Below are positions 40,789 to 53,750 of a stretch of 64,000 nucleotides of DNA, one piece after another. The stretch's first letter is position 1. Each line of letters starts with the position of its first letter. The DNA comes from an uncultured Clostridium sp. (GTDB taxonomy: Bacteria > Bacillota > Clostridia > TANB77 > CAG-508), in NCBI GenBank assembly GCA_947302485.1, contig CAMYVO010000001.1:64273-128272 (forward strand), read 5' to 3'. The notes under the pieces are model-generated. The model saw nothing but the letters and a program-made list of their open reading frames with translations. It was not told where the DNA came from and did no database searches. The position numbers were made by a program, and so were the translations under genes.

Positions 40789-41940
40789 TTATATTTTTCT
40801 AGTTAATGCATTTTTACTTCCCCAACGACAAGGACTTATGCATTTCCATCCTTTAAATCTACACCTAACTCCTGGTGCATATTCAAGTAAATATTCATAT
40901 ACTTCTGGGTTAGAGTCTTTTGTATTTTCAATGTATTTGTCTAATATTTCTTTTGTTTGCAGCATTATTTCTATTTGTGCTTCGCCACATAATCTTTCTT
41001 TACATTTTAAAATAAAGTTTTCTACTGTACCTCTTTCTATTATATTTACAAGCATTCCTTGAGGATAATTATCTTTTAAAGAATCAATATCTTCTAGCCA
41101 TTCTTTGTTTAGCCTTTCATCCTCTTTAATAATTGGTGGAACAAAATATTCAGGTTTTTCTAATAGTTGTATATTATACTGCAAAGTTCTATGTCTTTGA
41201 GCCTGAGCGAATTCCGCAAAACTTCCTTTATATTTAATACAATAGTTTTCTCCAAATTCATCTTTTCTTGATTTCCTATCATCAAATAATGAAATTTTTC
41301 TTTTTTTAACTTTGGTATTTAAATCTGGAACATATAAATCTGATAATTTGTCTATAAATTCTTGCAAATATGGTTTTAAAAGAATAGTAAATTTATCACC
41401 AGTATCTTCAGTAATTATATCTTCAAACCAATGCATAATATAGTTTAATTGTCTGAAGCTCACACTATATTCCATTGTAGTAGATGGTGTAAAAACACTA
41501 ATTAAATATCTAGCATTTTCTTGAGCAAGCTTTAATACAGATTTTTCTTCGATATTTGGATATGTTTTATTTATTTCTTTAATAAAAATATCAATCCATT
41601 TCTCATATAGCTCTTTTTCTTTTCCTTCAATTTTCATTTTTGTATATCTTGCAGATTTTTCTGATGTTGTATACATTCCTTCATTATTTAATATCATAGC
41701 TAAAGCTTTAGGAATATTTTCTAAAATCAAGTTATATGTGGAATGATCAAATACACTATGATGACCTGATACTAATGTTCTTTGTGCTCTTCTTTCTGTT
41801 TTTGACGATTCTTCCGAAAAGAGTTCTTTTATTGTACTTGGCATATAACATATTCCTGCCGCTTTGCCAGAAAAATCTATAGCTTCCTTTTTTGGTAATT
41901 TATATCCTTTTTTTGTTGCTCCTATAATTTCTATATTCAT
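40789..41940 (-). CDS. ThyX-like (flavin-dependent thymidylate synthase family) protein, divergent
   Basis: …SGHHSVFDHSTY… resembles the ThyX GHxxxFEH segment. An RHR motif (QAQRHRTLQYNIQ) lies about 200 aa further on and lacks the usual Ser seven residues after it. Start taken at MNIEIIG with SD gaaagaggaattagaATG. Confidence 0.4.
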   Translation of the reverse strand: MNIEIIGATKKGYKLPKKEAIDFSGKAAGICYMPSTIKELFSEESSKTERRAQRTLVSGHHSVFDHSTYNLILENIPKALAMILNNEGMYTTSEKSARYTKMKIEGKEKELYEKWIDIFIKEINKTYPNIEEKSVLKLAQENARYLISVFTPSTTMEYSVSFRQLNYIMHWFEDIITEDTGDKFTILLKPYLQEFIDKLSDLYVPDLNTKVKKRKISLFDDRKSRKDEFGENYCIKYKGSFAEFAQAQRHRTLQYNIQLLEKPEYFVPPIIKEDERLNKEWLEDIDSLKDNYPQGMLVNIIERGTVENFILKCKERLCGEAQIEIMLQTKEILDKYIENTKDSNPEVYEYLLEYAPGVRCRFKGWKCISPCRWGSKNALTRKI

Positions 41941-41998
41941 TCTAATTCCTCTTTCCCAAAAAAAGCACCTGCTTATATTGGTGCTTTTTTTTAATTTA

Positions 41999-42844
41999 TT
42001 AATTATCTTGATTATCTCTAGCTTCTGGAAGTGCTGGTTGATCAATTACAATTCTAATTCTTGTAAGTGTTTTTAATACTCTTACAAATTTACTATTTTT
42101 AACTCTTTGCCATAATGAAGGTTTTACTTCTACTCTCGTTTCTTCTAAGTATTGAACATTTTCTTGTTCTGCTTGTACAACTTGTTTTACTTGTTTTTCC
42201 TGTTTTTCTTGTGGAACAGGAATATTCTTTAATGAATCAGCAATCTCAATTCCTATATAACTTAATGCTTTTGAACGGTCTTCAATTCTTTCCATATCAA
42301 TTTCTATATGTAAATTAGACTCTAAATTATTTATTCTTGCTTTTATAAGTTTTTCAGCATCATGATAATTTTCGCTATTTTTATTTCTTAATCTTCCTAT
42401 CATTCCTAATGTATCAATAATATCTTCATCAAATAAATTTGATGCTTCTTTTACAGATGATTTCCAATTTTTTTCTTTATTTGACACCTTCTCAAATAGT
42501 TCTTTTAATTTTGCTGCAAGTTCAATATTAACTTCTCTTTGTCTAATTAATTCCTCTATTTTTTTTGTATTGCCCTCAAACTGTGTTGTTGCAAACTCAA
42601 CTAATTTATATGCAGCTTTATATACTGAAATAGGAAAATTCTTTTTTTGTGGATATTCTATTAAGTATGTTTTTATTGATTCAATTAAATCCTTAAAATA
42701 TGTATCATCTTCTAACTGAATAATTTGTTTTTTACTATTAGGATTAATTAGTTTCTCTACTTTATCAATATTTGATAAAATCTTTTCTTCCGTAATTACC
42801 ATTTTTACGTTTACTATGCCTGACCTGCGGAATATTCTAGACAT
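41999..42844 (-). CDS. hypothetical helical protein, probably co-transcribed with the ThyX-like gene
   Basis: 281 aa, strong SD ggagggagatttacaATG, no recognisable motif. Confidence 0.55.
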   Translation of the reverse strand: MSRIFRRSGIVNVKMVITEEKILSNIDKVEKLINPNSKKQIIQLEDDTYFKDLIESIKTYLIEYPQKKNFPISVYKAAYKLVEFATTQFEGNTKKIEELIRQREVNIELAAKLKELFEKVSNKEKNWKSSVKEASNLFDEDIIDTLGMIGRLRNKNSENYHDAEKLIKARINNLESNLHIEIDMERIEDRSKALSYIGIEIADSLKNIPVPQEKQEKQVKQVVQAEQENVQYLEETRVEVKPSLWQRVKNSKFVRVLKTLTRIRIVIDQPALPEARDNQDN

Positions 42845-43029
42845 TGTAAATCTCCCTCCTTGTCCTTTGTATTGTCGTTTTCAGTAACTAAATTATACTT
42901 CATATAACAAAAAACTACAATAATAACGACAAAATGTTTTATATTTCATTACAATTTTATTATATCCGTATAGTAAAAGTCAATAAATAAATAAAAAAAA
43001 ATTAAATTTTTTTTATTTATTGATAATAA

Positions 43030-43077
43030 ATAGTATTTTCAACTTTATTTTTTAAATAAAGTTGAAAATACTATTTC
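43030..43077. terminator. perfect 22-bp-arm palindrome (bidirectional terminator)
   Basis: aaatagtattttcaactttatt tttt aaataaagttgaaaatactattt. Confidence 0.6.
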
Positions 43078-43110
43078 CGTAAGAAATATTTAGTTTTATC
43101 TTCCTTCTAT

Positions 43111-43512
43111 CTAATTCATATTTATTCCTAAAATTCCTCCAAACATTCCAGCTATTATAGAAAAAATTATCATTAAAATAGAATAAATATTTAATCCAAA
43201 CCCTTGGCTAATAATACTTGAAATTAGATATAGTAATATTATATATATTCCCCCTATTACTCCACCATATAACATTCCTTTCCTTTTCATTGCTTTTGTT
43301 GTAAGTAAACTTCCCATTAAAACACTCACACATGTTATTACAATAATACTTACGGGAATAACTGTTTCCGATATATTAGTATACGTCAATATAACTGATA
43401 ATACAAATAAGAAAAATAACGTAATTAATATAGAAATTAATACTCCTTTAAATATATTAATAATCAATTTATCACTTGCTGTATTAGTAAAATTTTTAAT
43501 TATATTTTTCAT
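43111..43512 (-). CDS. small multi-pass membrane protein
   Basis: 133 aa with three or four TM helices and Gly-rich motifs (…YGGVIGG…, …GMFGGILG…). Confidence 0.6.
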   Translation of the reverse strand: MKNIIKNFTNTASDKLIINIFKGVLISILITLFFLFVLSVILTYTNISETVIPVSIIVITCVSVLMGSLLTTKAMKRKGMLYGGVIGGIYIILLYLISSIISQGFGLNIYSILMIIFSIIAGMFGGILGINMN

Positions 43513-43649
43513 ACATCCACCTTACACTTTCAGTAAATTATATGATTATTTTTTTTTATTAGAACTTAATATTTAATAAAACCCGCATCTAAAAGATGTA
43601 GGTTTTATTAAATATATATTTATTTTTAAAATATAGTTTTATAACTAAT

Positions 43650-45059
43650 CTAATTAGTTTCAGTATCTGTTTGTGTGTTTGTTTGATTTAATATACTATT
43701 TGTATTTAATCCAGTATTCTTTTGAGATATAATCTTATTTTCTTCAAAATATTCCTTAATATTATATATTTGATTATTATACTCCATATAATAATCATCA
43801 ACCCCACCTGATGTGATAGAATAAACTGTTTTTAGAACATTAGGAACTAATTTTTTTCCAGTTGCATCTATAATTCCATATGTTTTATCTTTTCTAATTA
43901 CTATTGCCTCATATTCTGGTATAATCAATACACTATTTGTAACCTTGTTTTGAGAACCAGTTTCACTGCATCCCATAGCATCATATTCTATTGGAAGAAT
44001 AATATCTCCTTCTTTATTATATAATCCCCATTTTTGTCCTCGTTTTACAGGTATTGCATTGTTAAATAATATATATTGATTTTCTATATTATTACTTGTA
44101 AACTTAGTAGGATCAATACCAATTTCATCACATTCCATATGTATAATATAGCTTGCATGTTCATCTACAATTCCATATTTATTATCTTTTTTTACTAAAT
44201 AAAATCCTAAGTTTTTATCTATTGATTTAATTTCATCATAGTCTATTTTTATCTTTATTTCTCCGTTATTTGTTAAAATTCCTACTTTCTTGTTTGAATT
44301 AACATAGAATTCTTGTGTATTTTCATTAAATCTTATTTCATCATATCTTGTTGCTATTATTTCATTTCCTTCAGGATTAATAACTCCAATTCTTTCATCT
44401 TTATCTGTTTTCTTTGATACTACAAACATATTATATAAAATTGCTTTTTGGTTATTAAAATCTTCGCTTATTTTATCAAATCCATATTTTTTTACTTGAG
44501 AATTATATCTTGTTACTAAATAAGGTAATGTATAAATCTGAATATTATTTTTTTCAGCATCATATGAAAAAATAACATTAAATCCCTTTTCTATTCCTTC
44601 TGATAATATATATAATTTATCATTAACCAATTTTACTGGTTCAGATATTGCATAGCTATCATAATCATTATCTGTTTTGGGTATGACCTTATTTATTTTA
44701 TTTGAATTTAAATAAAATGAGGCTGTTTCATTAGCATTCTCCACATAACACTTATTAGTATCTTCAGATAGTATTTTATATTCCCCATTATGTGTTTCAT
44801 ATCCTAAATATGGAGCAATTTCTTTTATAGATACATATACTTTATTATTTGAATTATCTATAATAAAAATATCCTCTGATAAATTAACGGCTTTTCCATC
44901 TATGTAAGCTTTAAATTGTAATTTTTTTAAATATGCAACTGCTGATATAATTCCAACAATCATAAGTATTAAAATTACAATTAATATAATAACAATTTTA
45001 GTTGTGTTTTTATTTTTATCCTTTTCACTATTATATAATTTATTACCATTAATATCCAT
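43650..45059 (-). CDS. membrane-anchored WG-repeat (KWG-like) protein
   Basis: N-terminal TM, then repeated …KYGIVD…, …KWGLYNKEGDIILPIEYD…, …TYGIIDATGK… units. Confidence 0.6.
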   Translation of the reverse strand: MDINGNKLYNSEKDKNKNTTKIVIILIVILILMIVGIISAVAYLKKLQFKAYIDGKAVNLSEDIFIIDNSNNKVYVSIKEIAPYLGYETHNGEYKILSEDTNKCYVENANETASFYLNSNKINKVIPKTDNDYDSYAISEPVKLVNDKLYILSEGIEKGFNVIFSYDAEKNNIQIYTLPYLVTRYNSQVKKYGFDKISEDFNNQKAILYNMFVVSKKTDKDERIGVINPEGNEIIATRYDEIRFNENTQEFYVNSNKKVGILTNNGEIKIKIDYDEIKSIDKNLGFYLVKKDNKYGIVDEHASYIIHMECDEIGIDPTKFTSNNIENQYILFNNAIPVKRGQKWGLYNKEGDIILPIEYDAMGCSETGSQNKVTNSVLIIPEYEAIVIRKDKTYGIIDATGKKLVPNVLKTVYSITSGGVDDYYMEYNNQIYNIKEYFEENKIISQKNTGLNTNSILNQTNTQTDTETN

Positions 45060-45070
45060 TTATTTCCTCC

Positions 45071-46213
<1,143 letters not shown>

Positions 46214-46347
46214 TTAACAAAATATATTAAACAAATCAAAAACGAGTAATACTAGGCTAATTTATGAAGAAATACCGTAGGCGTACTAGTGTACGGTGAG
46301 GATTTTCTTTATAAATTTAACGACGTAGTACGAAGTTTTTCATTTGT

Positions 46348-47370
46348 TTACTGTATAAGCATTGCATCTCCAAATGAAAAGAATCTATACTTTTCTTTTA
46401 CTGCTTCTTCATATGCTTTCATAACATACTCTTTTCCAGCAAGTGCAGACACAAGCATTAATAATGTTGATTCCGGTAGATGGAAATTTGTGATTAATCC
46501 ATCTATGCATTTAAATTTATATCCTGGGTAAATAAATATACTTGTATCTCCTTCTATTTCTTTAACCATTCCTTCTTCGTCTGCTATGCTTTCAAGTACT
46601 CTACAAGAGGTTGTCCCAACACTGATTATTCTTCCTCCTGCTTTTTTAGTATTATTAATTTTTTCTACATCTTCTTTTTTGATATAGAAATGTTCTGAAT
46701 GCATATGATGTTCTTCTATTTTTTCTACCTTTACAGGTCTAAATGTTCCAATTCCAACATGCAGGGTGACATTTGCTATTTCTACACCTTTTTTCTTTAT
46801 TTCATCTAATAATTCCTTTGTAAAATGAAGTCCTGCTGTTGGTGCTGCAGCTGAGCCTTGATACTTTGCATATACAGTTTGATATCTATCTTTTTCTTTT
46901 AATTCTTCATGAATATATGGTGGTAAAGGCATAAGTCCAATCTTGTCTATAATTTCATTAAATATTCCGTCATATATAAATTTTACTTTTCTTGTTCCGC
47001 CTTCCATTATTTCTAATATTTCAGCATTTAAAATCCCATCTCCAAATATTACTTTTGTACCAACGTGTAATTTATTACCAGGTCTTACAATTGCTTCCCA
47101 AACATCCCCTTCTATGTTGTTTAATAATAAAAATTCAACATTTGCTCCAGTTTCTTTTTTTCCATATATTCTTGCAGGGATCACTTTTGTATTATTTCTT
47201 ACTAGGCAATCTCCTGGTTTTAAATAATCTATAATGTTTTTAAAAGTTCTATGTACTATAGTCTGTTTTTCTCTATCTAAAACCATCAGTCTTGATTCAT
47301 CTCTTTTTTTAATTGGTACTTGTGCTATTAATTCTTCTGGTAAATCATAATAAAATTCTTTTACTTCCAT
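46348..47370 (-). CDS. queA: S-adenosylmethionine:tRNA ribosyltransferase-isomerase
   Basis: 340 aa, QueA family ([17 protein letters not shown]…). Confidence 0.95.
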   Translation of the reverse strand: MEVKEFYYDLPEELIAQVPIKKRDESRLMVLDREKQTIVHRTFKNIIDYLKPGDCLVRNNTKVIPARIYGKKETGANVEFLLLNNIEGDVWEAIVRPGNKLHVGTKVIFGDGILNAEILEIMEGGTRKVKFIYDGIFNEIIDKIGLMPLPPYIHEELKEKDRYQTVYAKYQGSAAAPTAGLHFTKELLDEIKKKGVEIANVTLHVGIGTFRPVKVEKIEEHHMHSEHFYIKKEDVEKINNTKKAGGRIISVGTTSCRVLESIADEEGMVKEIEGDTSIFIYPGYKFKCIDGLITNFHLPESTLLMLVSALAGKEYVMKAYEEAVKEKYRFFSFGDAMLIQ

Positions 47371-47448
47371 TAATTAATATTTCCTCTCTTTTTTACCTAT
47401 ATATTATACAAGAAAATATACCAATAAACAACAACTTTATATAATTTT

Positions 47449-47805
47449 TCACGACACCTCATCAATATTATCTAGTACTTGTTTACATTCTCTCCAATTA
47501 GTAACTTTAACGCACTCATAATCTTTTCCTATTTTATTTAATATTTCAGAGGTTTTATCTGTTGAAGCTAAATCAGTTACAATAATATCCTTTATATACT
47601 CTTCTTTTCCATATAAAAATCTAAATAGTATTGATCTTAAAAATCCTTCTATTCTATCCTCTTGATTTTTTACAGCAACTATTAAGTAAATTCCATTTGC
47701 TTTTAAATTTGTATATGTAAATATATATATCACATTTTTTATAATCTCAAATAAACCATATAATGCAAGCGTCCATAATATAAGATTTAAAATAAAATTA
47801 AGCAT
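47449..47805 (-). CDS. small membrane protein, unknown function
   Basis: Start taken at MLNFIL with SD aagaggtggaagtttATG. One N-terminal TM helix. Confidence 0.5.
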   Translation of the reverse strand: MLNFILNLILWTLALYGLFEIIKNVIYIFTYTNLKANGIYLIVAVKNQEDRIEGFLRSILFRFLYGKEEYIKDIIVTDLASTDKTSEILNKIGKDYECVKVTNWRECKQVLDNIDEVS

Positions 47806-47975
47806 AAACTTCCACCTCTTAACTATGATATGAAAAAAAATTTTTTTTGTGATTTTTTTATAAATCTTGCCCAAAATACTTATACTAGTATTTAGAAAAT
47901 ATTACATTATTTATCTTGATTATAAAATGTACTTATGATAATATTATTGTCGAAATTAAAAAGGAGGCCTTTAAA

Positions 47976-50210
47976 ATGGATTTTAAGGAATGGGAAGGTT
48001 TTGAAGAAGGAGATTGGAAGAAAGGTATTGATGTTAGAAGCTTTATTCAAACAAACTATACTCCATATGAAGGAGATGATAGCTTCTTGGCAAAACCGAC
48101 AGAAAAAACCTTAAGACTTTGGAATGAAGTTTTAGAATTATATAAAAAAGAAAAAGAAAATGATGGAGTATTGGATATTGATCCTAATACTATTTCAACA
48201 ATAACTAGTCATGAATCTGGTTATATTGATAAAGAACTAGAAGAAATTGTAGGTCTACAAACAGACAAGCCCCTTAAAAGAGCTATTATGCCTTTTGGTG
48301 GAATTAAAATCGTAGAAAAATCATGCAAAGCATATGGAAAAGAAGTATCACCAGAAATCAAATATATTTTTAATCATGTAAGAAGAACTCATAATGATGG
48401 TGTATTTAGTGTATATACTCCAGATATTAGAGCAGCAAGAAGTTCACATTTACTTACAGGTCTTCCTGATGGATATGGACGTGGAAGAATTATTGGAGAT
48501 TATAGACGAATTGCTCTTTATGGTGTAAATGCACTAATCGCACAAAAAAAGAAAGAACTTGATGCAATGAGCGTAGAAACTTTTAGGGAAGGAATAATAC
48601 GTAAACGTGAAGAAGGTCATGATCAAATTGATGCATTAGAAGAATTAAAACAAATGGCTTTAAAATATGGATTTGATATATCAAGACCTGCTGCTTCTGC
48701 AAAAGAAGCCGTTCAATGGACATATTTTGGATATTTAGCTTCTATAAAAGAACAAAATGGTGCAGCAATGAGTTTAGGTAGAACATCTACTTTCTTAGAT
48801 ATATTTTTTGAAAGAGATATAAAATTAGGTAAACTAACTGAAGAACAAGCTCAAGAAATAATGGATCACTTTGTAATGAAATTAAGAATGGTACGTTTCT
48901 TAAGAACACCTGAATATAACGAATTGTTTAGTGGAGACCCTGTTTGGGTTACAGAATCTATTGGTGGTATGGGAATTGATGGAAGAACTTTAGTTACTAA
49001 AAATTCATTTAGAATGCTACACACTTTAACTACATTAGGACCTGCTCCAGAACCAAATCTTACAGTTCTATGGTCTAATCGTCTGCCAAATGGGTTTAAA
49101 AGATTTACAACAAATCTATCTATAAAAACATCTTCTATACAATACGAAAACGATGATTTAATGAGAAAATTCTATGGAGATGATTATGGTATTGCATGTT
49201 GCGTATCTGCTATGAGAATTGGAAAACAAATGCAATTCTTTGGTGCAAGATGTAATCTTGCCAAAACTTTACTTTATGCTATTAATGGTGGTATGGATGA
49301 ACTTACTAAAAAACAAGTAACTCCAAAATATGCCCCTATTACTTCAGAATATTTAGATTTTGATGAAGTAATGGAAAGATTTGATACAATGATGGAATAT
49401 GTTGCTAAGATATATATTAAAGCATTAAATGCTATTCACTATATGCATGACAAATATAACTATGAAAAAATAGAAATGGCACTGCATGATAAAGATGTTT
49501 TTAGAACAATGGCTTGTGGAATTGCTGGACTTTCTGTTGTTGCAGATTCATTATCTGCCATTAAATATGCAAAAGTTAAAACTATCCGTGATGAAAGTGG
49601 TCTTGTAGTTGATTACAAGGTTGAAGGAGATTTTCCTAAGTTTGGAAATGATGATAATGCTGTTGATGATATAGCTGTGTCTGTTGTTAAAATGTTCTTA
49701 GGAAAATTAAAAAGGCTTCAAACTTATAGAGATTCAAAAATCACTTTGTCTATACTTACAATTACTTCAAATGTTGTATATGGAAAGCATACAGGTACAA
49801 CACCAGATGGTAGAAAAGCTGGAGAACCTTTTGCTCCTGGTGCAAATCCTTTACATGGTAGAGATACAAATGGCGCACTTGCTGTAATGAACTCTGTAGC
49901 AAAACTTCCATATGCTTATGCAGAAGATGGTATTTCATATACTTTCTCTATTACGCCAAACACTTTAGGTAAAACTGATGAAGAAAAAGTAACAAATCTT
50001 ATTCAAATGTTAGATGGTTTCTTTGTACAAGAAGGACATCATATAAATGTTAATGTATTTAGTAGAGACTTACTTTTAGATGCTATGGAACATCCTGAAA
50101 AATACCCACAACTTACTATTAGAGTTTCAGGATATGCAGTTAACTTTACAAAATTAACAAGGGAACAGCAATTAGATGTTATTAATAGAACAATACATGA
50201 AAAAATATAA
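47976..50210 (+). CDS. pflB: pyruvate formate-lyase (formate C-acetyltransferase)
   Basis: Glycyl radical motif RVSGYAV and active-site Cys pair (…ACCVS…). SD aaaaggaggcctttaaaATG. Confidence 0.95.
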   Translation: MDFKEWEGFEEGDWKKGIDVRSFIQTNYTPYEGDDSFLAKPTEKTLRLWNEVLELYKKEKENDGVLDIDPNTISTITSHESGYIDKELEEIVGLQTDKPLKRAIMPFGGIKIVEKSCKAYGKEVSPEIKYIFNHVRRTHNDGVFSVYTPDIRAARSSHLLTGLPDGYGRGRIIGDYRRIALYGVNALIAQKKKELDAMSVETFREGIIRKREEGHDQIDALEELKQMALKYGFDISRPAASAKEAVQWTYFGYLASIKEQNGAAMSLGRTSTFLDIFFERDIKLGKLTEEQAQEIMDHFVMKLRMVRFLRTPEYNELFSGDPVWVTESIGGMGIDGRTLVTKNSFRMLHTLTTLGPAPEPNLTVLWSNRLPNGFKRFTTNLSIKTSSIQYENDDLMRKFYGDDYGIACCVSAMRIGKQMQFFGARCNLAKTLLYAINGGMDELTKKQVTPKYAPITSEYLDFDEVMERFDTMMEYVAKIYIKALNAIHYMHDKYNYEKIEMALHDKDVFRTMACGIAGLSVVADSLSAIKYAKVKTIRDESGLVVDYKVEGDFPKFGNDDNAVDDIAVSVVKMFLGKLKRLQTYRDSKITLSILTITSNVVYGKHTGTTPDGRKAGEPFAPGANPLHGRDTNGALAVMNSVAKLPYAYAEDGISYTFSITPNTLGKTDEEKVTNLIQMLDGFFVQEGHHINVNVFSRDLLLDAMEHPEKYPQLTIRVSGYAVNFTKLTREQQLDVINRTIHEKI

Positions 50211-50212
50211 CC

Positions 50213-50245
50213 TAAAAGGGACACTTATATGTCCCTTTTTCAGTA
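50213..50245 (+). terminator. hairpin terminator/attenuator between pflB and pflA
   Basis: aaagggaca cttata tgtcccttt, then ttc. Confidence 0.6.
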
Positions 50246-50269
50246 CTATAATTATATTTTAATTAGCAG

Positions 50270-51007
50270 GTGAAATTTATGGAAAATTTTGATAAAACTA
50301 AATATGCTAGGATTCATTCTTATGAAAGTTTTGGTACTGTTGATGGGCCTGGAATTCGTTTTGTAGTTTTTATGCAAGGCTGTCATTTAAAATGTAAATA
50401 TTGCCAAAACAGAGATACTTGGAATACACATACAGGTAAACTTGTGTCTTTGGATGAATTGCTACAAAGAATAAAAAAATATGTAAATTACATTAAACCA
50501 ACTGGTGGTGTGACAGTTACAGGTGGAGAACCTTTACTTCAACCCAAGTTTCTTATTTCTTTATTTAAAGAATTAAAAAAGCTTAATATTCATACTGCAA
50601 TTGATACTTCTGGAATGGTAGACTTAACACCTGATATAAAGGAATTATTAAGTTTAACAGATTTAGTATTATTAGATATAAAGCACATCAATAGTGAAAA
50701 ATGTAAAAAACTTGTAGGCTATTCTAATGAAAAAGAATTAGAGTTTGCAAGATATTTAAGTAATAACAATTTACCAATGTGGATTAGGCAAGTTATTATT
50801 CCTGAAATAACAGATGATGAAGAAGACTTATTACATTTAAAAGAGTTTTTATCTACATTAAGAACTGTAGAAAAAATAGAGCTTCTTCCTTATCATGATT
50901 TAGGCAAATTTAAATGGACTAGCTTAGGTTATTCTTATGAATTAGAAAATACAAGGACTGCTACAAATGAAGATATTAAAAAAGTTAAAGAAATACTTGA
51001 AATTTAA
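50270..51007 (+). CDS. pflA: pyruvate formate-lyase activating enzyme
   Basis: CHLKCKYCQN radical SAM motif and GGVTVTGGEP. Confidence 0.95.
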   Translation: MKFMENFDKTKYARIHSYESFGTVDGPGIRFVVFMQGCHLKCKYCQNRDTWNTHTGKLVSLDELLQRIKKYVNYIKPTGGVTVTGGEPLLQPKFLISLFKELKKLNIHTAIDTSGMVDLTPDIKELLSLTDLVLLDIKHINSEKCKKLVGYSNEKELEFARYLSNNNLPMWIRQVIIPEITDDEEDLLHLKEFLSTLRTVEKIELLPYHDLGKFKWTSLGYSYELENTRTATNEDIKKVKEILEI

Positions 51008-51858
51008 TTTATTTCAAGTATTTCTTTTATCTTATCTAAATTTTGAATTACAGCATTGTATCCAAATTCAAAGCATTTATCTACTTTATCAATTTCTAAA
51101 AGTCCTGTTTTATCTGTTGGTACTGTTAATATATAATCACTAGATTCTAATCCTTCTTCAGAAACTTTATTACCCATAATATCAATTGTTTTCATTACCA
51201 TATCCATTATATTACTTTCTTTTGTAATAGGGTCTGCATCAAATTTAACAGCAAGTACTTTATCTGCTCCCTGTTTTTTTACTTCATGTACTGGCACATT
51301 ATCTAGAGCCCCACCATCTATAAATAAATAATCTTTATATTCACATGGGCAGAACACTCCAGTAAAACTGCTACTTGCTCTAACTGCTTTTCCTACTGTT
51401 ATATCTGTAATGTATTGTTCATTTTTTCCTTCAGGAATTATATTTGTAAAGACATATTCTTTAGATTCTTTTATATTAACACTTGGTATTACAATTGGCA
51501 TTTTTATATCTTTCATTGTTTTGATATTTTTTTTGGCTGCAACATCATTATATAGCTTTTCTATACTTTCTCCAGTTTTTAAACCAGTTATTTTTATTCT
51601 CTTATTTCTCACAAAACTTCCAATAGTAGAAATAATAGGTGCTTTATTTATTTCTACTATTTTATCTACATTTTCCTTATATAGACTATATATTTCATCT
51701 GGAGAATATCTAATAGCATATAGCGATGCAACTAAACTTCCTGAACTTGTTCCTCCTATAATGTCAGGCTTAATATCATTTTCTTCTAACGCCTTTAATA
51801 CTCCTGCATGTGCAATTCCTCTTGTTCCGCCACCAGATAAAGCAATACCTAATTTCAT
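51004..51858 (-). CDS. patatin-like phospholipase
   Basis: GGGTRG oxyanion motif, GTSSG nucleophile elbow, DGG. Confidence 0.85.
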   Translation of the reverse strand: MKLGIALSGGGTRGIAHAGVLKALEENDIKPDIIGGTSSGSLVASLYAIRYSPDEIYSLYKENVDKIVEINKAPIISTIGSFVRNKRIKITGLKTGESIEKLYNDVAAKKNIKTMKDIKMPIVIPSVNIKESKEYVFTNIIPEGKNEQYITDITVGKAVRASSSFTGVFCPCEYKDYLFIDGGALDNVPVHEVKKQGADKVLAVKFDADPITKESNIMDMVMKTIDIMGNKVSEEGLESSDYILTVPTDKTGLLEIDKVDKCFEFGYNAVIQNLDKIKEILEIN

Positions 51859-51951
51859 TTAGAACACCTCTTGTAAATAGTTTCTTGCTTATTAGTATTT
51901 ACTATTTATATTATGTTTAAACGTATTAAAGGTTAATTAATTTAATTTTAA

Positions 51952-51995
51952 AACAAAGCGAAGGATTGGAAATATTTCCAATCCCTCGCTTTGTC
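51952..51995 (-). terminator. long hairpin (20-bp stem, one mismatch) downstream of the zinc-ribbon gene
   Basis: caaagcgaaggattggaaata / tatttccaatccctcgctttg. Confidence 0.5.
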
Positions 51996-52108
51996 AATCA
52001 TCCCGAAGAACTATGTTGATTTCTTCCATAGTGTAAGTTTTAGGATTCTTCTTATACATAATTTTTTCAACCTTAAAAGAAGAAGGCAGGAAAAATCCTG
52101 CCCTCTTC

Positions 52109-52351
52109 CTAGCTTTTGCATTCAACCTTGAAACGATTTTGACATTCCGGATTTGCACACTTTATAAATCCGCGATGCCCTACTATTACTTTTTTTCCTT
52201 TCAAACATCTAGGAATATCAATTCTGTGTTCAAGGTCGTCATAGTCAAATCCTGTAACGGATTTGCAGTAAGGGCATACTGCTATCCCCTTTGGATTTTG
52301 ATCTTTTGAAGACCACAATAAAGTAATCGACAAAAAAATCATCCCTTTCAT
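52109..52351 (-). CDS. small Cys-rich (zinc-ribbon-like) protein
   Basis: CPYC…C…C…C…C pattern. No clear SD sequence. Confidence 0.4.
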   Translation of the reverse strand: MKGMIFLSITLLWSSKDQNPKGIAVCPYCKSVTGFDYDDLEHRIDIPRCLKGKKVIVGHRGFIKCANPECQNRFKVECKS

Positions 52352-52442
52352 ACGTATTAGCTAAAAGCTTAATTATATTATAACTTATTTTACATAAAAA
52401 AACAATAGACACCCTATTTTATGGATGTCTATTTTAATAAAC

Positions 52443-53060
52443 TTATTTATCTTCCTCTACTGGTTTTTCATCAGTAACTGCTTCTACTGGTTCTTCTTTT
52501 ACAGTATCTACAGTTTCTTCTACTACTGGTGCTTCTGTTTCGATAGCTGGAGCTTCTTCTGGAGCTTTTGCTTCTTCTACAACTTCAGCTTCTTTTTCTA
52601 CTGCTGGTTCTTCTGCTACTGGCATTTCTGCAGCTTCTGCAGCTACTACTTCTTCAGCCTCTACTGCTGTCTCTTCTAACTCTTCTTTTAGTGTGATTTC
52701 TTTAGTTTCAATTCTAGCACCTAATTTTTCCTTAGTCTTAGAAGCTTTACCTATTCTGTCTCTTAGGTAGTAAAGTTTAGCTCTTCTTGCTTTACCAACT
52801 CTAACTACTTCTACTTTTTCTACTGTTGGAGAATGTACTAAAAATGTTTTTTCAACTCCTACACCATAAGAAATTCTTCTTACTGTGAATGTTTCGTTTA
52901 ATCCTCCACCTTGTTTTTTTATAATAATTCCTTCGAATACTTGTATTCTTTCTCTATTACCTTCTTTTACTCTAACATGAACTCTTACTGTATTACCAAC
53001 ATCTAAAACTGGAACTTTATTTTTTAATTGTTCATGTTCAATAGATTTAATAATATCCAT
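52443..53060 (-). CDS. rplS: 50S ribosomal protein L19 with an acidic C-terminal extension of about 85 aa
   Basis: Residues 1-115 are canonical L19 (…[14 protein letters not shown]…). The ORF then continues in frame through an E/A/V/P-rich tail to 205 aa. Confidence 0.9.
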   Translation of the reverse strand: MDIIKSIEHEQLKNKVPVLDVGNTVRVHVRVKEGNRERIQVFEGIIIKKQGGGLNETFTVRRISYGVGVEKTFLVHSPTVEKVEVVRVGKARRAKLYYLRDRIGKASKTKEKLGARIETKEITLKEELEETAVEAEEVVAAEAAEMPVAEEPAVEKEAEVVEEAKAPEEAPAIETEAPVVEETVDTVKEEPVEAVTDEKPVEEDK

Positions 53061-53740
53061 TATTTTATTTCCTCCTTCTTTTCAAAAAGATCTGGTCTTT
53101 TCTTTTTTGTTATTTCTATGGATTTTTCTTGTCTCCATTTTTTTATATTTTCGTGATGTCCTGATATTAATATTTCTGGAACCTTCTTTCCATGAAATTC
53201 CTCTGGTCTTGTATATTGTGGATATTCTAATAAATTATTTGTAAAAGATTCTTCTTCTACAGAAGCATTACTAATTACCCCATCAACATATCTACTAATA
53301 GAATCTATTAAAACCATTGCTGGAATTTCTCCTCCAGTTAATACATAGTCACCAATTGAAATTTCCTCGTCTACAATTTCATCTATAACTCTTTGGTCAA
53401 TGCCTTCGTAATGACCGCATAATAAAATAATATGATCTTCTTTACTAAGTTCTACTACCTTTTTTTGATTTAATTTAGTTCCTTTAGGAGATAAGTATAT
53501 AACTTTTGCATTTTCTTTCTTTACAGACTCATATGCATCATATACTACATCTGGCCTCATTATCATTCCAGCTCCTCCGCCATAAGGAGTATCATCTACT
53601 TTTTTGTGTTTATCTTTTGAAAAATCTCTAATATTTATTAAATTTATATCTATTATTTGTTTTTCTACTGCTTTTCCAATAATGCTTTTATTTAAACTTT
53701 CAAACATTTCTGGAAAAAGTGTTAACACATCAAATTTCAT
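53060..53740 (-). CDS. trmD: tRNA (guanine37-N1)-methyltransferase
   Basis: 226 aa, TrmD family (…[11 protein letters not shown]…). Confidence 0.95.
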   Translation of the reverse strand: MKFDVLTLFPEMFESLNKSIIGKAVEKQIIDINLINIRDFSKDKHKKVDDTPYGGGAGMIMRPDVVYDAYESVKKENAKVIYLSPKGTKLNQKKVVELSKEDHIILLCGHYEGIDQRVIDEIVDEEISIGDYVLTGGEIPAMVLIDSISRYVDGVISNASVEEESFTNNLLEYPQYTRPEEFHGKKVPEILISGHHENIKKWRQEKSIEITKKKRPDLFEKKEEIK

Positions 53741-53750
53741 AACTCCTCCG

